Shown: positions 1 to 10,409 of the stretch, in pieces
Layout: every line of letters starts with the position of its first letter
Numbering within the stretch: the stretch's first letter is position 1
Assembly (NCBI GenBank): GCA_902760855.1
Contig: CACWIO010000001.1
Coordinates: 1-51,872 of the forward strand
DNA length: 51,872 nucleotides
Origin: an uncultured Eubacteriales bacterium
GTDB taxonomy: Bacteria; Bacillota; Clostridia; Peptostreptococcales; Anaerovoracaceae
Direction: 5' to 3'
Notes under the pieces: generated by a model
Told to the model about the DNA's origin: nothing
The model's database searches: none
Seen by the model: the letters and a program-made list of their open reading frames with translations, nothing else
Position numbers and translations under genes: made by a program

Positions 1-677
1 GCAATCCTTGTTACATTATAAACCAGATTCTCTGCGAAATGTTTTCTTCTTGCTTCCAGTTTGGTAAATACAAGTCCTATGGCTGCCATCCCTCCATTTG
101 GATGCCAGTGGCAGCTGGCTACGAACTTTCCTTCAGCATCTTTCCAAAAATACAAGCTCCTGTTTGCCACAGATTCAACTGCCTGCTGTCTGTATTTTTC
201 TTCACTTTCTTTATCAATATCAAGTTCATTATGAAAGGCATTCTTGAATTCAACTATTGCCTCAATATCGTCCTCAGTACACAGATGCAGTTCACCTTCA
301 GCCTTCACATGCGGTTCGATAATTTCAGGGCAGTCATAGGCAAACATGTTAGTTTTTATGGAAAGCTTCTGCCCTTCCTCTGCCGCCCTCTTTATAAAGT
401 AATCTGCCAGACTGTACTTAATGTTATAGGTATAACCCTCGCCCAGCGGACAGCTCTCGGTTGTCAGCTTAAAGGCTCTTTCCATCTCTTCATCTGTCGC
501 ATCATCAGGAGTCCATACCCATGTCGGAAATGGATTTCCTGTATGACATATGATCAGTCTCTCATGATCTGTGAGAAGCACTCTGCACTCACCTTTAATA
601 ATCCTTTTCAATACAGAAAATGTATACTTATCTGTTTCCAGTAATTTAAAATCTCTTTCATCTACAAAATCATCCAT
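1..677 (-). CDS. GNAT-family N-acetyltransferase-like protein, 3' end cut by the window edge
   Basis: Not in the ORF track because it has no in-window stop. My reverse translation from the ATG (complement of 675-677; GGAGGAG RBS at complement of 681-687) reads MDDFVDERDFKLLETDKYTFSVLKRIIKGECRVLLTDHERLIICHTGNPFPTWVWTPDD...GMAAIGLVFTKLEARRKHFAENLVYNV, open to position 1. The tail resembles GNAT motif A. The + strand ORF 39..644 is its antisense shadow. Confidence 0.6.
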   Translation of the reverse strand, partial: MDDFVDERDFKLLETDKYTFSVLKRIIKGECRVLLTDHERLIICHTGNPFPTWVWTPDDATDEEMERAFKLTTESCPLGEGYTYNIKYSLADYFIKRAAEEGQKLSIKTNMFAYDCPEIIEPHVKAEGELHLCTEDDIEAIVEFKNAFHNELDIDKESEEKYRQQAVESVANRSLYFWKDAEGKFVASCHWHPNGGMAAIGLVFTKLEARRKHFAENLVYNVTRI

Positions 678-716
678 GTTCTCCTCCTGTAATTTCATTT
701 AGTCAACTAAACAGCC

Positions 717-3044
717 TTACTTTGTCCACTTATAAAGCTGTGAATATATTCCCTGCTTTGCCATCAGCTCATCGTGAGTTCCTGACTCCTCTATGCCCTT
801 TTCTGTAAGTACCAGAATTCTCTCAGCATTTCTGATGGTTGAGAGTCTGTGTGCTATAACAAAGGTTGTTCTGTTATGAGCCAGGCGCTCCAGGGATTCC
901 TTAACAATATTCTCACTTTCATTATCCAGAGCACTTGTGGCTTCATCGAAGATAAGTATCGGCGGATTCTTCAGAAAAACTCTTGCAATAGAGAGTCTCT
1001 GCTTCTGGCCTCCCGAAAGCTTTATGCCACGCTGTCCGATATCCGTATCATAGCCATTTGGAAGCTCCATGATAAAGTCATGTGCATTTGCAAGCTTCGC
1101 TGCTTCTATAATCTCTTCCCTTGATGCATCCGGCTTTCCGTAGCTGATGTTCTCATATACCGTTCCTGCAAAAAGATATACATCCTGCTGAACGATACCT
1201 ATATTCTGTCTGAGACTAGAAAGAGTAACCTCTCTTATATCCCTGCCATCAATACTGATGCTTCCCTTTGTAACATCATAGAATCTTGGGATCAGGCTGC
1301 AGAGAGTTGTCTTTCCACCACCGGAAGAGCCAACCAGCGCCACATAGGAACCTGCCTTTACATCCAGATTAATATGTCTCAGAACTCTGTGTGCAGTATC
1401 CTTATACTTAAATGAAACGTCGTCGAACTTTATATCGCCCCTTACATTTTCCAGAGGAACTGCTGTCTCGCTGTCCTTGATATCCGGCTCTATTGCAAGT
1501 ATCTCGGCAAATGTCTGGTTGGATGCAGTATCTGCCTGAAGTTCTCCACAGTCCGCGAGGAACTTCCTGAACGTTGAAATATCAACGCGTTTATTCCTCA
1601 GGCGCTCCACCTCGGCATCAACTTTATCCTTCTTTTTGAGATAGCGTTCGTAGCGCTCATCCGTGACAAGCCCGTACTCTCTTCCTATCTCCGTGAGCCT
1701 CCTGTCCGCATTGTCCTGACGGAGGAGCAGGCGGTACTCGGCTCTCGAAGTCATTATCCTGTATGGCTCATTTGTGCCTTTGGTCACGAGGTCATCTATC
1801 AGGACTCCGATGTAGGCCTGGTCGCGCCTGAGCACGAGCGGCTCTTTGCCCTTGAGCTTGCACACTGCGTTGATTCCTGCGATGAGCCCCTGAGATGCGG
1901 CCTCCTCATAGCCCGAGCTTCCGTTGAATTGCCCGGCGCAGAAAAGATTCTCTATCGCTTTGTTTTCAAGGCTTGGCTTGAGCGAGAGGGGATCTATGCA
2001 ATCGTACTCTATGGCATAGGCGTGCTTGACTATCTCGGCATTTTCAAGGCCGGGGATGGTCGAGTAGAATTTCTCCTGCACGTCGCGGGGCAAGCTCGAA
2101 CTCATGCCCTGTATGTACATGAGATTTGTATCGAGGCCCTCCGGCTCTACGAATAGCTGGTGGCGAGCCCTGTCTCTGAATCTCGAGACCTTGTCCTCGA
2201 TGGAAGGGCAGTAGCGCGGTCCGACGCCCACGATATTACCCGAGTACATCGCTGAGCGCTCTATATTATCCATGATAATCCCGTGGGTCTCCTCATTAGT
2301 GTAGGAGAGCCAGCAGGATATCTGGTCTATATCATATTCCTTGTCTTCGTTCAGGAAGCTAAAAGGCACGATCCTCTCGTCTCCCTTTTGCTCCTGCATC
2401 GCTTCGTAATTGAGGCTTTCCGCAGTCATCCTGGCAGGCGTGCCTGTCTTGAATCTCCTCATCGGAAGGCCCTTGGCTCTGAGATTTTCTCCGAGCCGCG
2501 TAGCAGGGGAGAGGCCGTCAGGTCCTGACTCATATACCTCATCTCCTATGAATATCCTGCCTGCGAGGAAAGTTCCTGTGCAAACTATAACGGCTTTTGC
2601 TTCATACGTCTCTCCGTTCGAAGAAACAACTCCGCAAACCTCACCTTTCCCGCCCAGGCAAACGTCAACTATCTCAGCCTCTATCAGATCGAGATTCTCC
2701 TGATTTTCCAAGGTCTTTAGCATCTCTTCGTGATAGCGATGCTTATCCGCCTGAGCCCTCAGAGAGTGGACGGCCGGGCCCTTCGATGTATTGAGCATCT
2801 TGGATTGAATGAATGTCTTGTCTATATTTACACCCATCTCGCCGCCAAGTGCATCGACCTCGCGCACGAGATGGCCCTTGCCCGTGCCTCCGATTGATGG
2901 ATTGCAAGGCATCATGGCCACGGACTCAAGATCCGTACAGAAAACAGCCGTCCGCGCACCGAGGCGGGCAGCCGCAAGTCCGGCCTCGCATCCCGCGTGC
3001 CCGGCACCTATTACGATTATCTCAAAGTCCTTATTCTTCATCAT
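717..3044 (-). CDS. mnmG: Chimeric ORF: MnmG/GidA core (first ~517 aa) fused in frame to the C-terminal nucleotide-binding domain (~258 aa) of an MsbA/ABCB-type ABC exporter
   Basis: The N-terminus has [13 protein letters not shown] (FAD GxGxxG) and a typical MnmG core up to ...NQTFAEILA. It then switches to [21 protein letters not shown], Walker [10 protein letters not shown], signature LSGGQKQR, Walker [13 protein letters not shown] and H-loop AHRLST. The junction maps to about nt 1490-1500. Confidence 0.8.
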   Translation of the reverse strand: MMKNKDFEIIVIGAGHAGCEAGLAAARLGARTAVFCTDLESVAMMPCNPSIGGTGKGHLVREVDALGGEMGVNIDKTFIQSKMLNTSKGPAVHSLRAQADKHRYHEEMLKTLENQENLDLIEAEIVDVCLGGKGEVCGVVSSNGETYEAKAVIVCTGTFLAGRIFIGDEVYESGPDGLSPATRLGENLRAKGLPMRRFKTGTPARMTAESLNYEAMQEQKGDERIVPFSFLNEDKEYDIDQISCWLSYTNEETHGIIMDNIERSAMYSGNIVGVGPRYCPSIEDKVSRFRDRARHQLFVEPEGLDTNLMYIQGMSSSLPRDVQEKFYSTIPGLENAEIVKHAYAIEYDCIDPLSLKPSLENKAIENLFCAGQFNGSSGYEEAASQGLIAGINAVCKLKGKEPLVLRRDQAYIGVLIDDLVTKGTNEPYRIMTSRAEYRLLLRQDNADRRLTEIGREYGLVTDERYERYLKKKDKVDAEVERLRNKRVDISTFRKFLADCGELQADTASNQTFAEILAIEPDIKDSETAVPLENVRGDIKFDDVSFKYKDTAHRVLRHINLDVKAGSYVALVGSSGGGKTTLCSLIPRFYDVTKGSISIDGRDIREVTLSSLRQNIGIVQQDVYLFAGTVYENISYGKPDASREEIIEAAKLANAHDFIMELPNGYDTDIGQRGIKLSGGQKQRLSIARVFLKNPPILIFDEATSALDNESENIVKESLERLAHNRTTFVIAHRLSTIRNAERILVLTEKGIEESGTHDELMAKQGIYSQLYKWTK

Positions 3045-3052
3045 TATATCTA

Positions 3053-4480
3053 TTACTTACCTAAGCAGAACTTGCTGAAGACTGTGTTAAGTATTTCGTC
3101 TCCGACATCCTCTCCGATAATCTTACCCAGTGAGTCGTAGGCGTAGTGGGCCGAGAGCTCGGCCACCTCCATAGGCTCTCCGTTTTGGAGCATGCTTATG
3201 GCCTCGTCGAGATTCATCTCGGCATTCCTGAGCATCTGCACGTGTCGCTCATTCGTGACTATATTCATCTCGGATGTGTTGATGCTGCCGAGTTCAAAGA
3301 TTTCTCCTATGGTCTCGGACACCTTTATCGCAGCATCCGTCGCGGCGCTACCGACGAGCGAAGTCCTTATAACTCTGACGCCCGGGAGTTTCTCCCTGAC
3401 CGTCTCTTCGCTAATCGAATTGCCGAGGTCTTCCTTGTTTATGACTACCAGCATATGATCTGTGCTCATGTGCTCTACATACTCGAGCACCTTACTGTCC
3501 TCATCGTCGAGCTCGCGGCTTCCGTCCAGCACGAGCAGCACCATATCGGCTCCGGCTATGGCCTGAGTCGTGCGCTCAACTCCAATCTTCTCAACCTTAT
3601 CTCCGGTCTCCCTGATCCCGGCGGTGTCTACCAGCACGATAGGAACTCCGCCAAGCGACGCGCTCTCCTCGACAGTATCCCTGGTCGTTCCCGGCACGTC
3701 CGTGACTATCACTCTGCCTTCTCCGAGCAGGGCGTTCATCAGCGAACTCTTACCTGCATTTGGCTTTCCTGCTATGACGACTCTCACTCCGTCTCTGGCA
3801 ATCCTTCCAATGGACGCAGTGTCGAGCAGCTCGTCGACATCCGCCATCACCCAGCGGAGTTTGCCCACAAGCTCCGAGTTCGCTCCCTCAGAATCAATCT
3901 CGTAATCCTCATCGGGATAATCGATGTCGACTGCCATCTCGGCAAGTATGTCGAGCAGTGCCTCTCTGATCTCGCGCACCTTATCGCTCAGGCGGCCTGA
4001 GTGCTGAGCCTCAGCTATTCCAAGGGAGAGATCGCTCTTGGCCTTTATGATATCTATAACAGCCTCCGCTTGAGAGAGGTCCATCTTACCGTTTAAAAAT
4101 GCGAGCTTGGTGAATTCTCCGGGCTCTGCCATGCGGATATTTGCTATGCCGCTTTCGAGCACGGCTCTCAGGATACTCTTAAGAGATGCGGTGCCGCCGT
4201 GGGCCTGGATCTCGAGCATATCCTCTCCGGTGTAGGAGGCGGGGGACTTCATGTAAACGAAGAGGGCCTTGTCTATAGGCTCAGCCTTCGCGTTTGCATC
4301 AGCCATGCCGGCGCTGCTTGAGATCGCGCTGCCGAGGTACATGTGGCGTGGCTCGATCTCCGCCGGGCAGTTTGCCATGACCTTTCTCATGATATCCTCG
4401 CTGCCCGGGCCGCTCACTCTGACTATTCCTATTCCTGCTTCTCCCGGCGCTGTTGAAATCGCCGCAATTGTATCCGACAT
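3053..4480 (-). CDS. mnmE: tRNA modification GTPase MnmE (TrmE)
   Basis: 475 aa with G-domain motifs [10 protein letters not shown] and DTAGIR and the hallmark C-terminal FCLGK. RBS AAGGAG lies upstream. It sits directly upstream of the mnmG-derived ORF. Confidence 0.95.
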   Translation of the reverse strand: MSDTIAAISTAPGEAGIGIVRVSGPGSEDIMRKVMANCPAEIEPRHMYLGSAISSSAGMADANAKAEPIDKALFVYMKSPASYTGEDMLEIQAHGGTASLKSILRAVLESGIANIRMAEPGEFTKLAFLNGKMDLSQAEAVIDIIKAKSDLSLGIAEAQHSGRLSDKVREIREALLDILAEMAVDIDYPDEDYEIDSEGANSELVGKLRWVMADVDELLDTASIGRIARDGVRVVIAGKPNAGKSSLMNALLGEGRVIVTDVPGTTRDTVEESASLGGVPIVLVDTAGIRETGDKVEKIGVERTTQAIAGADMVLLVLDGSRELDDEDSKVLEYVEHMSTDHMLVVINKEDLGNSISEETVREKLPGVRVIRTSLVGSAATDAAIKVSETIGEIFELGSINTSEMNIVTNERHVQMLRNAEMNLDEAISMLQNGEPMEVAELSAHYAYDSLGKIIGEDVGDEILNTVFSKFCLGK

Positions 4481-4517
4481 TTTTGACTCCTTTTTTCCGC
4501 CATTTCAATTTCAATAA

Positions 4518-4546
4518 ATTATACATCAGCATCTTTCTCTCGGCAA
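4518..4546 (-). promoter_or_regulatory. Putative sigma-A promoter of mnmE
   Basis: On the - strand: TTGCCG (comp. 4541-4546), 17 nt, then extended -10 TGTATAAT (comp. 4518-4525), about 38 nt upstream of the mnmE ATG. Confidence 0.45.
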
Positions 4547-4629
4547 AAAAAAGCAACCGCCCATGTCATAGTTGTCGGTTACTTAGTAACTTATAACTCG
4601 GGCTGACCGTCTATCGGTAGCACCTTTTG

Positions 4630-4649
4630 TTATCCAAAGGTTATCACAG
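4630..4649 (+). promoter_or_regulatory. Pair of DnaA-box-like 9-mers upstream of mnmE
   Basis: TTATCCAAA (4630-4638, 1 mismatch to TTATCCACA) and TTATCACAG (4641-4649, 2 mismatches). Confidence 0.3.
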
Positions 4650-4744
4650 GGGGTCAAAGAATGTCAAACGCTTTAAAAATCAGCTTTTTGCAGTTATAAT
4701 ATATGTGTAAAAAATTGCTTAAAAACAAAAGGAGTGTAAGGATT

Positions 4745-5413
4745 ATGGATATTAAAAAGATACTCAGCTATGTGGATCACACCCTGCTCGCACCTGCTGC
4801 GACATGGGAGGAGATCAAGGCAGTAATTGACGACGGCATCAAATACGAAACTGCCACTGTCTGCATTCCGCCATCATATATCGCACAGGCCAGAGAATAC
4901 GCAGGCTCCAAAGTGAGGCTCTGTGCGGTAATCGGATTCCCTCATGGCTACAACACCACAGCCACCAAGGCTTTTGAGACCAGCGATGCTCTGGACAACG
5001 GTGCAGATGAAATCGATATGGTCATCAATATCGGCTGGGTCAAGGATAAGAAATGGGATGAGATCGAAAATGAGATTCGCACGCTTAAGGACATCTGCGG
5101 AGACAACATCCTCAAGGTCATCATCGAGACTTGCATGCTGACAGAAGAAGAGAAGCTCAAGATGTGCGAGATCGTAACATTTGCCGGTGCAGACTTCATC
5201 AAGACTTCCACAGGATTCGGAGGCGGCGGTGCGACATTCGAGGATGTCGAGCTCATGGTCAAGAACGTAGGCGAGGGCGTACAGGTCAAAGCCTCGGGCG
5301 GAATCTCAGGACTTGAGGATGCAGAGAAATATGTAGAGATCGGAGCCAGGAGACTCGGCACAAGCAGAATAGTAAAGGCTGTGAAAGGTCTCGGAGATGA
5401 CGGCAGCTATTAG
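4745..5413 (+). CDS. deoC: Deoxyribose-phosphate aldolase
   Basis: [15 protein letters not shown]..., [16 protein letters not shown] (Schiff-base Lys region) and KASGGI. The start is moved to the ATG at 4745, behind AAAGGAG; the ORF-track start at 4703 lacks an RBS. Confidence 0.9.
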   Translation: MDIKKILSYVDHTLLAPAATWEEIKAVIDDGIKYETATVCIPPSYIAQAREYAGSKVRLCAVIGFPHGYNTTATKAFETSDALDNGADEIDMVINIGWVKDKKWDEIENEIRTLKDICGDNILKVIIETCMLTEEEKLKMCEIVTFAGADFIKTSTGFGGGGATFEDVELMVKNVGEGVQVKASGGISGLEDAEKYVEIGARRLGTSRIVKAVKGLGDDGSY

Positions 5414-5470
5414 GATTGCCGTAATAAGAATACGTTAATACAATGTGTTGAGAAGAGTAAGGAGTAGAAG

Positions 5471-6253
5471 ATGGTAGATTATACAGAAGGCGGCGGCTAT
5501 CAGTATCATGTAGGGCTGAAGCCGGGAGATGTAGGTGAATATGTAATACTGCCGGGCGATCCGCATAGGGTTCCTAAGATTGCGGCGTATTTCGATAACG
5601 CTGAGAAGGTAGCGGACAGCCGTGAGTATGTCACATACACGGGATACCTCGACGGAGTAAAAGTAAGCTGCACGTCGACAGGTGTGGGCGGACCGTCAGC
5701 GTCGATTGCCCTTGAGGAGCTTGTAAACGTAGGCGCGAATACCTTTATCAGGGTCGGCACCTGCGGCGGCATGGACATCGATGTCAAGGGCGGAGATATT
5801 GTAATTGCAACGGGTGCGGTTCGTATGGACGGAACTTCCAAGGAGTATGCTCCTATAGAATATCCGGCCGTAGCGGACGTAACGGTGGCATCTGCACTTG
5901 TCAGAGCGGCTCAGCAGATGGGCGTGACTTACCACCAGGGAGTCGTGCAGTGCAAGGACGCTTTCTACGGACAGCACATGCCTGAGGCTCTGCCTAACAG
6001 TCACGAGCTTCTGGAGAAATGGGACGCATGGCTGAAGATGGGCTGCAAGGCTTCCGAGATGGAGTCTTCGACTCTGTTTATCGTCGGCGCATACAGAAGA
6101 GTGCGCGTGGGCTCGGTATTCCTGACGGTTGCCAACCAGGAGAGGGAGAAGGCAGGCCTGCCTAATCCGCAGGAGCACGATACGGATCTTGCAATCAGAG
6201 TTGCAATCGCGGCAATTAGGAAAATGATTAAGCATGAGAAAAAGGGAGAATAA
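5471..6253 (+). CDS. udp: Uridine phosphorylase (PNP/UDP family 1)
   Basis: Matches the Udp pattern: [40 protein letters not shown] and EMESSTL. RBS AAGGAG is present. Confidence 0.8.
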   Translation: MVDYTEGGGYQYHVGLKPGDVGEYVILPGDPHRVPKIAAYFDNAEKVADSREYVTYTGYLDGVKVSCTSTGVGGPSASIALEELVNVGANTFIRVGTCGGMDIDVKGGDIVIATGAVRMDGTSKEYAPIEYPAVADVTVASALVRAAQQMGVTYHQGVVQCKDAFYGQHMPEALPNSHELLEKWDAWLKMGCKASEMESSTLFIVGAYRRVRVGSVFLTVANQEREKAGLPNPQEHDTDLAIRVAIAAIRKMIKHEKKGE

Positions 6254-6274
6254 TATTCTCGAGGAGATATCGCA

Positions 6275-7435
6275 ATGAAAAGAGTTTTTTGGATAGTACT
6301 GGATAGCGTGGGGCTTGGCGGCGCGCCGGACGCGGCGGACTTCGGAGATGCCGGGTCCGATACGCTCGGCAGCTGCTACAAGAGCGGGAAAATGAACGTG
6401 CCGAATATGGAACGTCTCGGTCTCGCTAATATAGACGGCACGTCATTTTGCGCGCCGCGTGAGGACGTCGTAGGCTGCTACTGCCGCATGCACGAAAAAT
6501 CCTTGGGTAAAGACACTACGGTAGGCCACTGGGAGATGGCCGGCATGGTATCTCCTGCTCCGCTTCCGACTTACCCAAACGGCTTCCCTGAGGAAGTTCT
6601 TCAAAAGCTAAGGGAAGCGACAGGTAGGGAGATTCTCTGTAATCTTCCTTACTCCGGCACTGAAGTAATAAAGGATTACGGCGAGGAGCATGTAAAGACA
6701 GGCGCTCTCATCGTATATACAAGTGCAGACTCGGTTCTTCAGATAGCGGCTCACGAGGATGTGGTTCCTATCGAGCAGCTCTATGAATACTGCCACGCTG
6801 CCAGAGAGATTATGCAGGGCGAGCACGGAGTAGGACGCATAATCGCCAGACCTTTTGAAGGCGAATGGCCTTATCAGAGAACTGTGCGCCGTCATGACTA
6901 CAGCCTGCAGCCACCTCGCGAGACAGTGCTCGACGCGCTGAAGGCAGAAGGATTTGTGAATATAGGAGTAGGTAAGATCTACGACATATTCGCAGGCAAG
7001 AGCGTCATGGTCAGCTATCCTAACAAAGGAAACACCGCGAATATGGAGCGCGTGCTCGACATCGCTGACTCGGATTTCGAGGGCCTTTGCTACATCAACC
7101 TCGTAGACACCGACATGATCTACGGACACAGGAGAGACGTGCCTGCCTACACACAGGCTCTCAATGACTTCGACGTTCAGCTCGGTCAGCTCACGGAAAA
7201 GCTGAGAGCGGATGACCTCCTAATAGTCACGGCCGACCACGGCTGCGACCCTGGATACACGGGCACAGACCACACGAGAGAAGATGTGCCTTGCCTCGTT
7301 TACGGGGAGAAGTTCAAGAAGGGCATAAACCTCGGCACGAAGGACTCCTTCGCAGACATGGGCGCTACCATAGCCGACTACTTCGGCATCAGCTACAGAG
7401 GCGACGGAGCGTCATTCCTTTCAGAAATCGTTTAG
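6275..7435 (+). CDS. deoB: Phosphopentomutase
   Basis: 386 aa. The N-terminus MKRVFWIVLDSVGLGGAPDA and the motif VTADHGCDP are typical of DeoB. It sits with deoC and udp. Confidence 0.9.
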   Translation: MKRVFWIVLDSVGLGGAPDAADFGDAGSDTLGSCYKSGKMNVPNMERLGLANIDGTSFCAPREDVVGCYCRMHEKSLGKDTTVGHWEMAGMVSPAPLPTYPNGFPEEVLQKLREATGREILCNLPYSGTEVIKDYGEEHVKTGALIVYTSADSVLQIAAHEDVVPIEQLYEYCHAAREIMQGEHGVGRIIARPFEGEWPYQRTVRRHDYSLQPPRETVLDALKAEGFVNIGVGKIYDIFAGKSVMVSYPNKGNTANMERVLDIADSDFEGLCYINLVDTDMIYGHRRDVPAYTQALNDFDVQLGQLTEKLRADDLLIVTADHGCDPGYTGTDHTREDVPCLVYGEKFKKGINLGTKDSFADMGATIADYFGISYRGDGASFLSEIV

Positions 7436-7468
7436 AGTCACGTCCAATCATTAATAATTGCATTAAAA

Positions 7469-7517
7469 AGACGTGAGAATGTGAAGCGCAGCCTTCGCAT
7501 CTCACGTCTATTATTAT
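7469..7517. terminator. Bidirectional intrinsic terminator between deoB and the PIN toxin gene
   Basis: AGACGTGAGA (7469-7478) pairs with TCTCACGTCT (7500-7509), with an inner GAAGCG/CTTCGC helix. It is flanked by an A-run on the left and ATTATTAT on the right. Confidence 0.6.
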
Positions 7518-7530
7518 GAAAAGGGGTCTA

Positions 7531-7977
7531 TTAGACGTGAGATTGCAATTCCTCTAGAAACTCGGATGGATGCTGTACCTTTATAGGGCTCTTGCCAAAG
7601 CCTCTTTTATCCCGTGTAACTATGCAATCAGAATTGCTGTCAACGGCACATTGAATTTGCAGCGAGTCTTCAAAATCAGGATCATAATCAGCCTTTATTG
7701 CTTTCTCAATACTGTCATTATTTATATCTACAACTTCACAGAGGCCGCAGAAATTCATGATTGCAAGTTTTATTTGTTGATGAGTTAGGCTCTTTCTTGC
7801 AATATATGAAAGATTAGTAATGGAATGTGCAGCCGTCAGAAGATCAATCTTTCCCTCAGTTGATGCTTCAAAAATATTGTCTGCGTTGATTCCGTCTGTT
7901 CCTCTTTCAAGCAAATAATCCAATAGAATATTGGTATCCAGAAAGACTCTCTTGATATTAGATTCCGTATTTTTCAT
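7531..7977 (-). CDS. PIN-domain ribonuclease toxin (VapC-like)
   Basis: MKNTESNIKRVFLDTNILLDYLLE... with acidic PIN residues (FLDTN, DFEDSLQ, VTRD). The start is set at the ATG at 7977, behind GGAGGAG. It overlaps the antitoxin stop by 20 nt. Confidence 0.8.
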   Translation of the reverse strand: MKNTESNIKRVFLDTNILLDYLLERGTDGINADNIFEASTEGKIDLLTAAHSITNLSYIARKSLTHQQIKLAIMNFCGLCEVVDINNDSIEKAIKADYDPDFEDSLQIQCAVDSNSDCIVTRDKRGFGKSPIKVQHPSEFLEELQSHV

Positions 7978-8239
7978 CGAAGTACTCCTCCAATTCTTTT
8001 TTATAGTCCGTGCTTTCACTGCTCTCACCTTCGTGTTTCAGCACACTCGCACGCAGGGCTCTGAGATTCTCAAGCGCTTCTTTTCTCCTCTCAAGAGTCT
8101 TGTCTTTTCTGACCATAATGGCATCTCCTTCCACACTTATTTCAACAGCGTCATTCACTTCCAGTCCGACCTGTTTCAAAGTTGCTTTAGGTATATATAA
8201 ACCTTGGCTATTGCCCCACGCTCTGACAATCGAATTCAT
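7958..8239 (-). CDS. AbrB/MazE/SpoVT-fold antitoxin
   Basis: MNSIVRAWGNSQGLYIPKATLKQVGLEVNDAVEISVEGDAIMVRK is the classic swapped-hairpin antitoxin N-terminus. RBS GGAGGAA lies before the ATG at 8239. Confidence 0.8.
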   Translation of the reverse strand: MNSIVRAWGNSQGLYIPKATLKQVGLEVNDAVEISVEGDAIMVRKDKTLERRKEALENLRALRASVLKHEGESSESTDYKKELEEYFDEKYGI

Positions 8240-8316
8240 AATTTCCTCCAAAATAAAATGTATATACATATCGTATATACATTTTATTTGTATATTTTCT
8301 TGTTGTCAAGATGCTT

Positions 8317-9258
8317 TTATCTCATGCCTTTGTCGTAAGGGATACCCTCTGCCTTAGGTGCTCTGGAGTTCTTGGATGTGAATGCCAGAACGATCAGTGA
8401 GATGATGTAAGGCAGCATGTTATAAACCGTGCTCGGGATGTGAAGTGCTGCGAGAAAGCCGATACCTGTGTATACATTGGACAGGGCACGGAACATTCCA
8501 AAGAGCAATGCGGCAAGCGCAATCTTGGTCGGTCTCCACTGACCGAAGATCATAACCGCGAGAGCCAGGAAACCGAATCCGGCAACTCCCATCTCGAATT
8601 TCCACTCAGATACTCCGGCTGTGATATATACGATGCCTCCGAGTCCTCCGAGGAAGCCCGAGATCAGTACGCCAGCCCAACGCATCTTGTATACGTTGAT
8701 ACCTACGGAGTCTGCAGCTTGCGGATTCTCACCGCAGGCCTGGAGCCTGAGACCGAACTTCGTCTTATACAGCACGAAGTACGATACCACAAGCAGTACG
8801 ACAGCCATCAGCATGAACCAGTTGAATTCAAATCCTCCGATATACTTGAGGAATGCTCTCTTCTCCTGGATGTATTGGATGGTGCTGGATACGTTGTCCG
8901 GGTTGCCGGCAGTATTCATAGCTCTTACGAATACGGTCGCCGCAGCGGTTGCCAATAAGTTCATAGCAGTACCGATCAGAGTCTGGTCAGCTTTGAAGTT
9001 GATTGACGCCACCGCGAGCAGGCAGGAATAAAGCATTCCTACGAGAATTGCCGCAAGAGATGTAGCCAGTACGATTACTAACTTGGATCCGTCTCCCGGG
9101 AGCAAGTACATAGTTACCGCTCCGCCGAGAGCTCCCATTACCATGATTCCCTCAAGTCCGAGGTTGATTACGCCGGAATGCTCAGAGAAGCATCCGCCGA
9201 GCGCCACGAGGCAGAGAACCGAGGCGAATATAAGTGTGTATTGTAATAACAGTAACAT
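8317..9258 (-). CDS. Nucleoside (BMP-type) ABC transporter permease, second subunit
   Basis: 313-aa polytopic membrane protein. Its start overlaps the stop of the upstream permease, and it is the last gene of the BMP operon. Confidence 0.8.
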   Translation of the reverse strand: MLLLLQYTLIFASVLCLVALGGCFSEHSGVINLGLEGIMVMGALGGAVTMYLLPGDGSKLVIVLATSLAAILVGMLYSCLLAVASINFKADQTLIGTAMNLLATAAATVFVRAMNTAGNPDNVSSTIQYIQEKRAFLKYIGGFEFNWFMLMAVVLLVVSYFVLYKTKFGLRLQACGENPQAADSVGINVYKMRWAGVLISGFLGGLGGIVYITAGVSEWKFEMGVAGFGFLALAVMIFGQWRPTKIALAALLFGMFRALSNVYTGIGFLAALHIPSTVYNMLPYIISLIVLAFTSKNSRAPKAEGIPYDKGMR

Positions 9259-10409
9259 TACTTATCACCTCCTTCGATAGCCTCACCTGTAACTTTTGAA
9301 ATCTCTTTTTTCTTCGTGCTCTTGTCAATCCAGTTGTTGATAACGAACTTGAAGAAGAGTACGAATCCGCAGAGATAGATGATGAGCGATGAGATCAGGT
9401 CGGAGATCTGTGAAGGATATACCGACTTGTCTATCAGCGCACCGCCGTCGGTGATGGACTGAATGAAGAAGGACGAGAATATCGTTCCGATCGGATGCAG
9501 TCCTCCGAGGAAGGTAGCGGCAATTCCGTTGAAGCCCATGCCCGGAACTGATGTCTGAGTCGTGGACCATTCCTGATATCCCGTGAGGAAGAGGAATGCG
9601 GCGCCGATACCTGCAAGCGCACCACCTATAGCCAGTGTTACGATTATGTTTTGTTTCTCTTTCATGCCCGCATACATTGCTGCATCTTTATTATATCCTG
9701 TGGCCTTGAGCTCATATCCGAACTTGGTCTTGGAAAGAATTACCCAGATCAGTATCGCAAAGAGAATTGCCAGAGGAATCGCCAGCGTAACTGTCTTGTT
9801 ATTTGCGAACATCGCATTCAGACCGGCATTAGGAATGAGCGCCTTTGGGTTCGCAGCCGACAGTTTGAGCGTGTATGGGCTCGCAGGATCCTTGACCTTG
9901 GCCAGCAAAGTGTTGGACATATACAGCATGATCCAGTTGAGCATGATTCCCGAAATAACTTCGTTTACGTTTCTGTAAGCCTTGAGAACTCCGGAGATAG
10001 CGCCAATCACGCCGCCGGCAATTCCCGCAATCAGCAGGCAAACCGGCCATGGCAGCTGCCACGCAAGCGCTGCGTATAATCCGAAGCATGCTCCTGCTTC
10101 GTACTGACCCGCGGCTCCGATATTAAACAGGCCTACTTTGTAGCAGAAACAAATCGACAGGGCGCACATCAGAAGAGGTGCGGTCTTAGCCAATGTGTTT
10201 CCGAGTGCTTTCACCTTCGCAGCCTGCGATGATCTCGACAGGAAGTTGATAAGCACTGTCTTGATAGCTTCTCCGGCTCCGGCCGGGTTGATGAGCAGCA
10301 GGACTATGTATCCGATGAGCAGTCCGAGAATAATACAAATCAGGGACGTCATGATAGCCTGCACGGAAGGGTTCTTCAAGAAGCTTTTCTTTTCTGCTTT
10401 TTCGTTCAT
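9258..10409 (-). CDS. Nucleoside (BMP-type) ABC transporter permease, first subunit
   Basis: 383-aa polytopic membrane protein, translationally coupled to the ATPase gene (shared nt 10409). Confidence 0.8.
   Translation of the reverse strand: MNEKAEKKSFLKNPSVQAIMTSLICIILGLLIGYIVLLLINPAGAGEAIKTVLINFLSRSSQAAKVKALGNTLAKTAPLLMCALSICFCYKVGLFNIGAAGQYEAGACFGLYAALAWQLPWPVCLLIAGIAGGVIGAISGVLKAYRNVNEVISGIMLNWIMLYMSNTLLAKVKDPASPYTLKLSAANPKALIPNAGLNAMFANNKTVTLAIPLAILFAILIWVILSKTKFGYELKATGYNKDAAMYAGMKEKQNIIVTLAIGGALAGIGAAFLFLTGYQEWSTTQTSVPGMGFNGIAATFLGGLHPIGTIFSSFFIQSITDGGALIDKSVYPSQISDLISSLIIYLCGFVLFFKFVINNWIDKSTKKKEISKVTGEAIEGGDK

Noticed and set aside
39-644. 201-aa + strand ORF at the left edge
   Set aside because: The protein is Cys/Phe-rich with no motifs and no RBS. 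It is the antisense shadow of the GNAT-like CDS, which reads cleanly on the - strand.
4655-4680. Possible CcpA cre site (TGTCAAACGCTTTA) upstream of deoC
   Set aside because: It does not align to the WTGNAANCGNWNNCW consensus without multiple mismatches at core positions.
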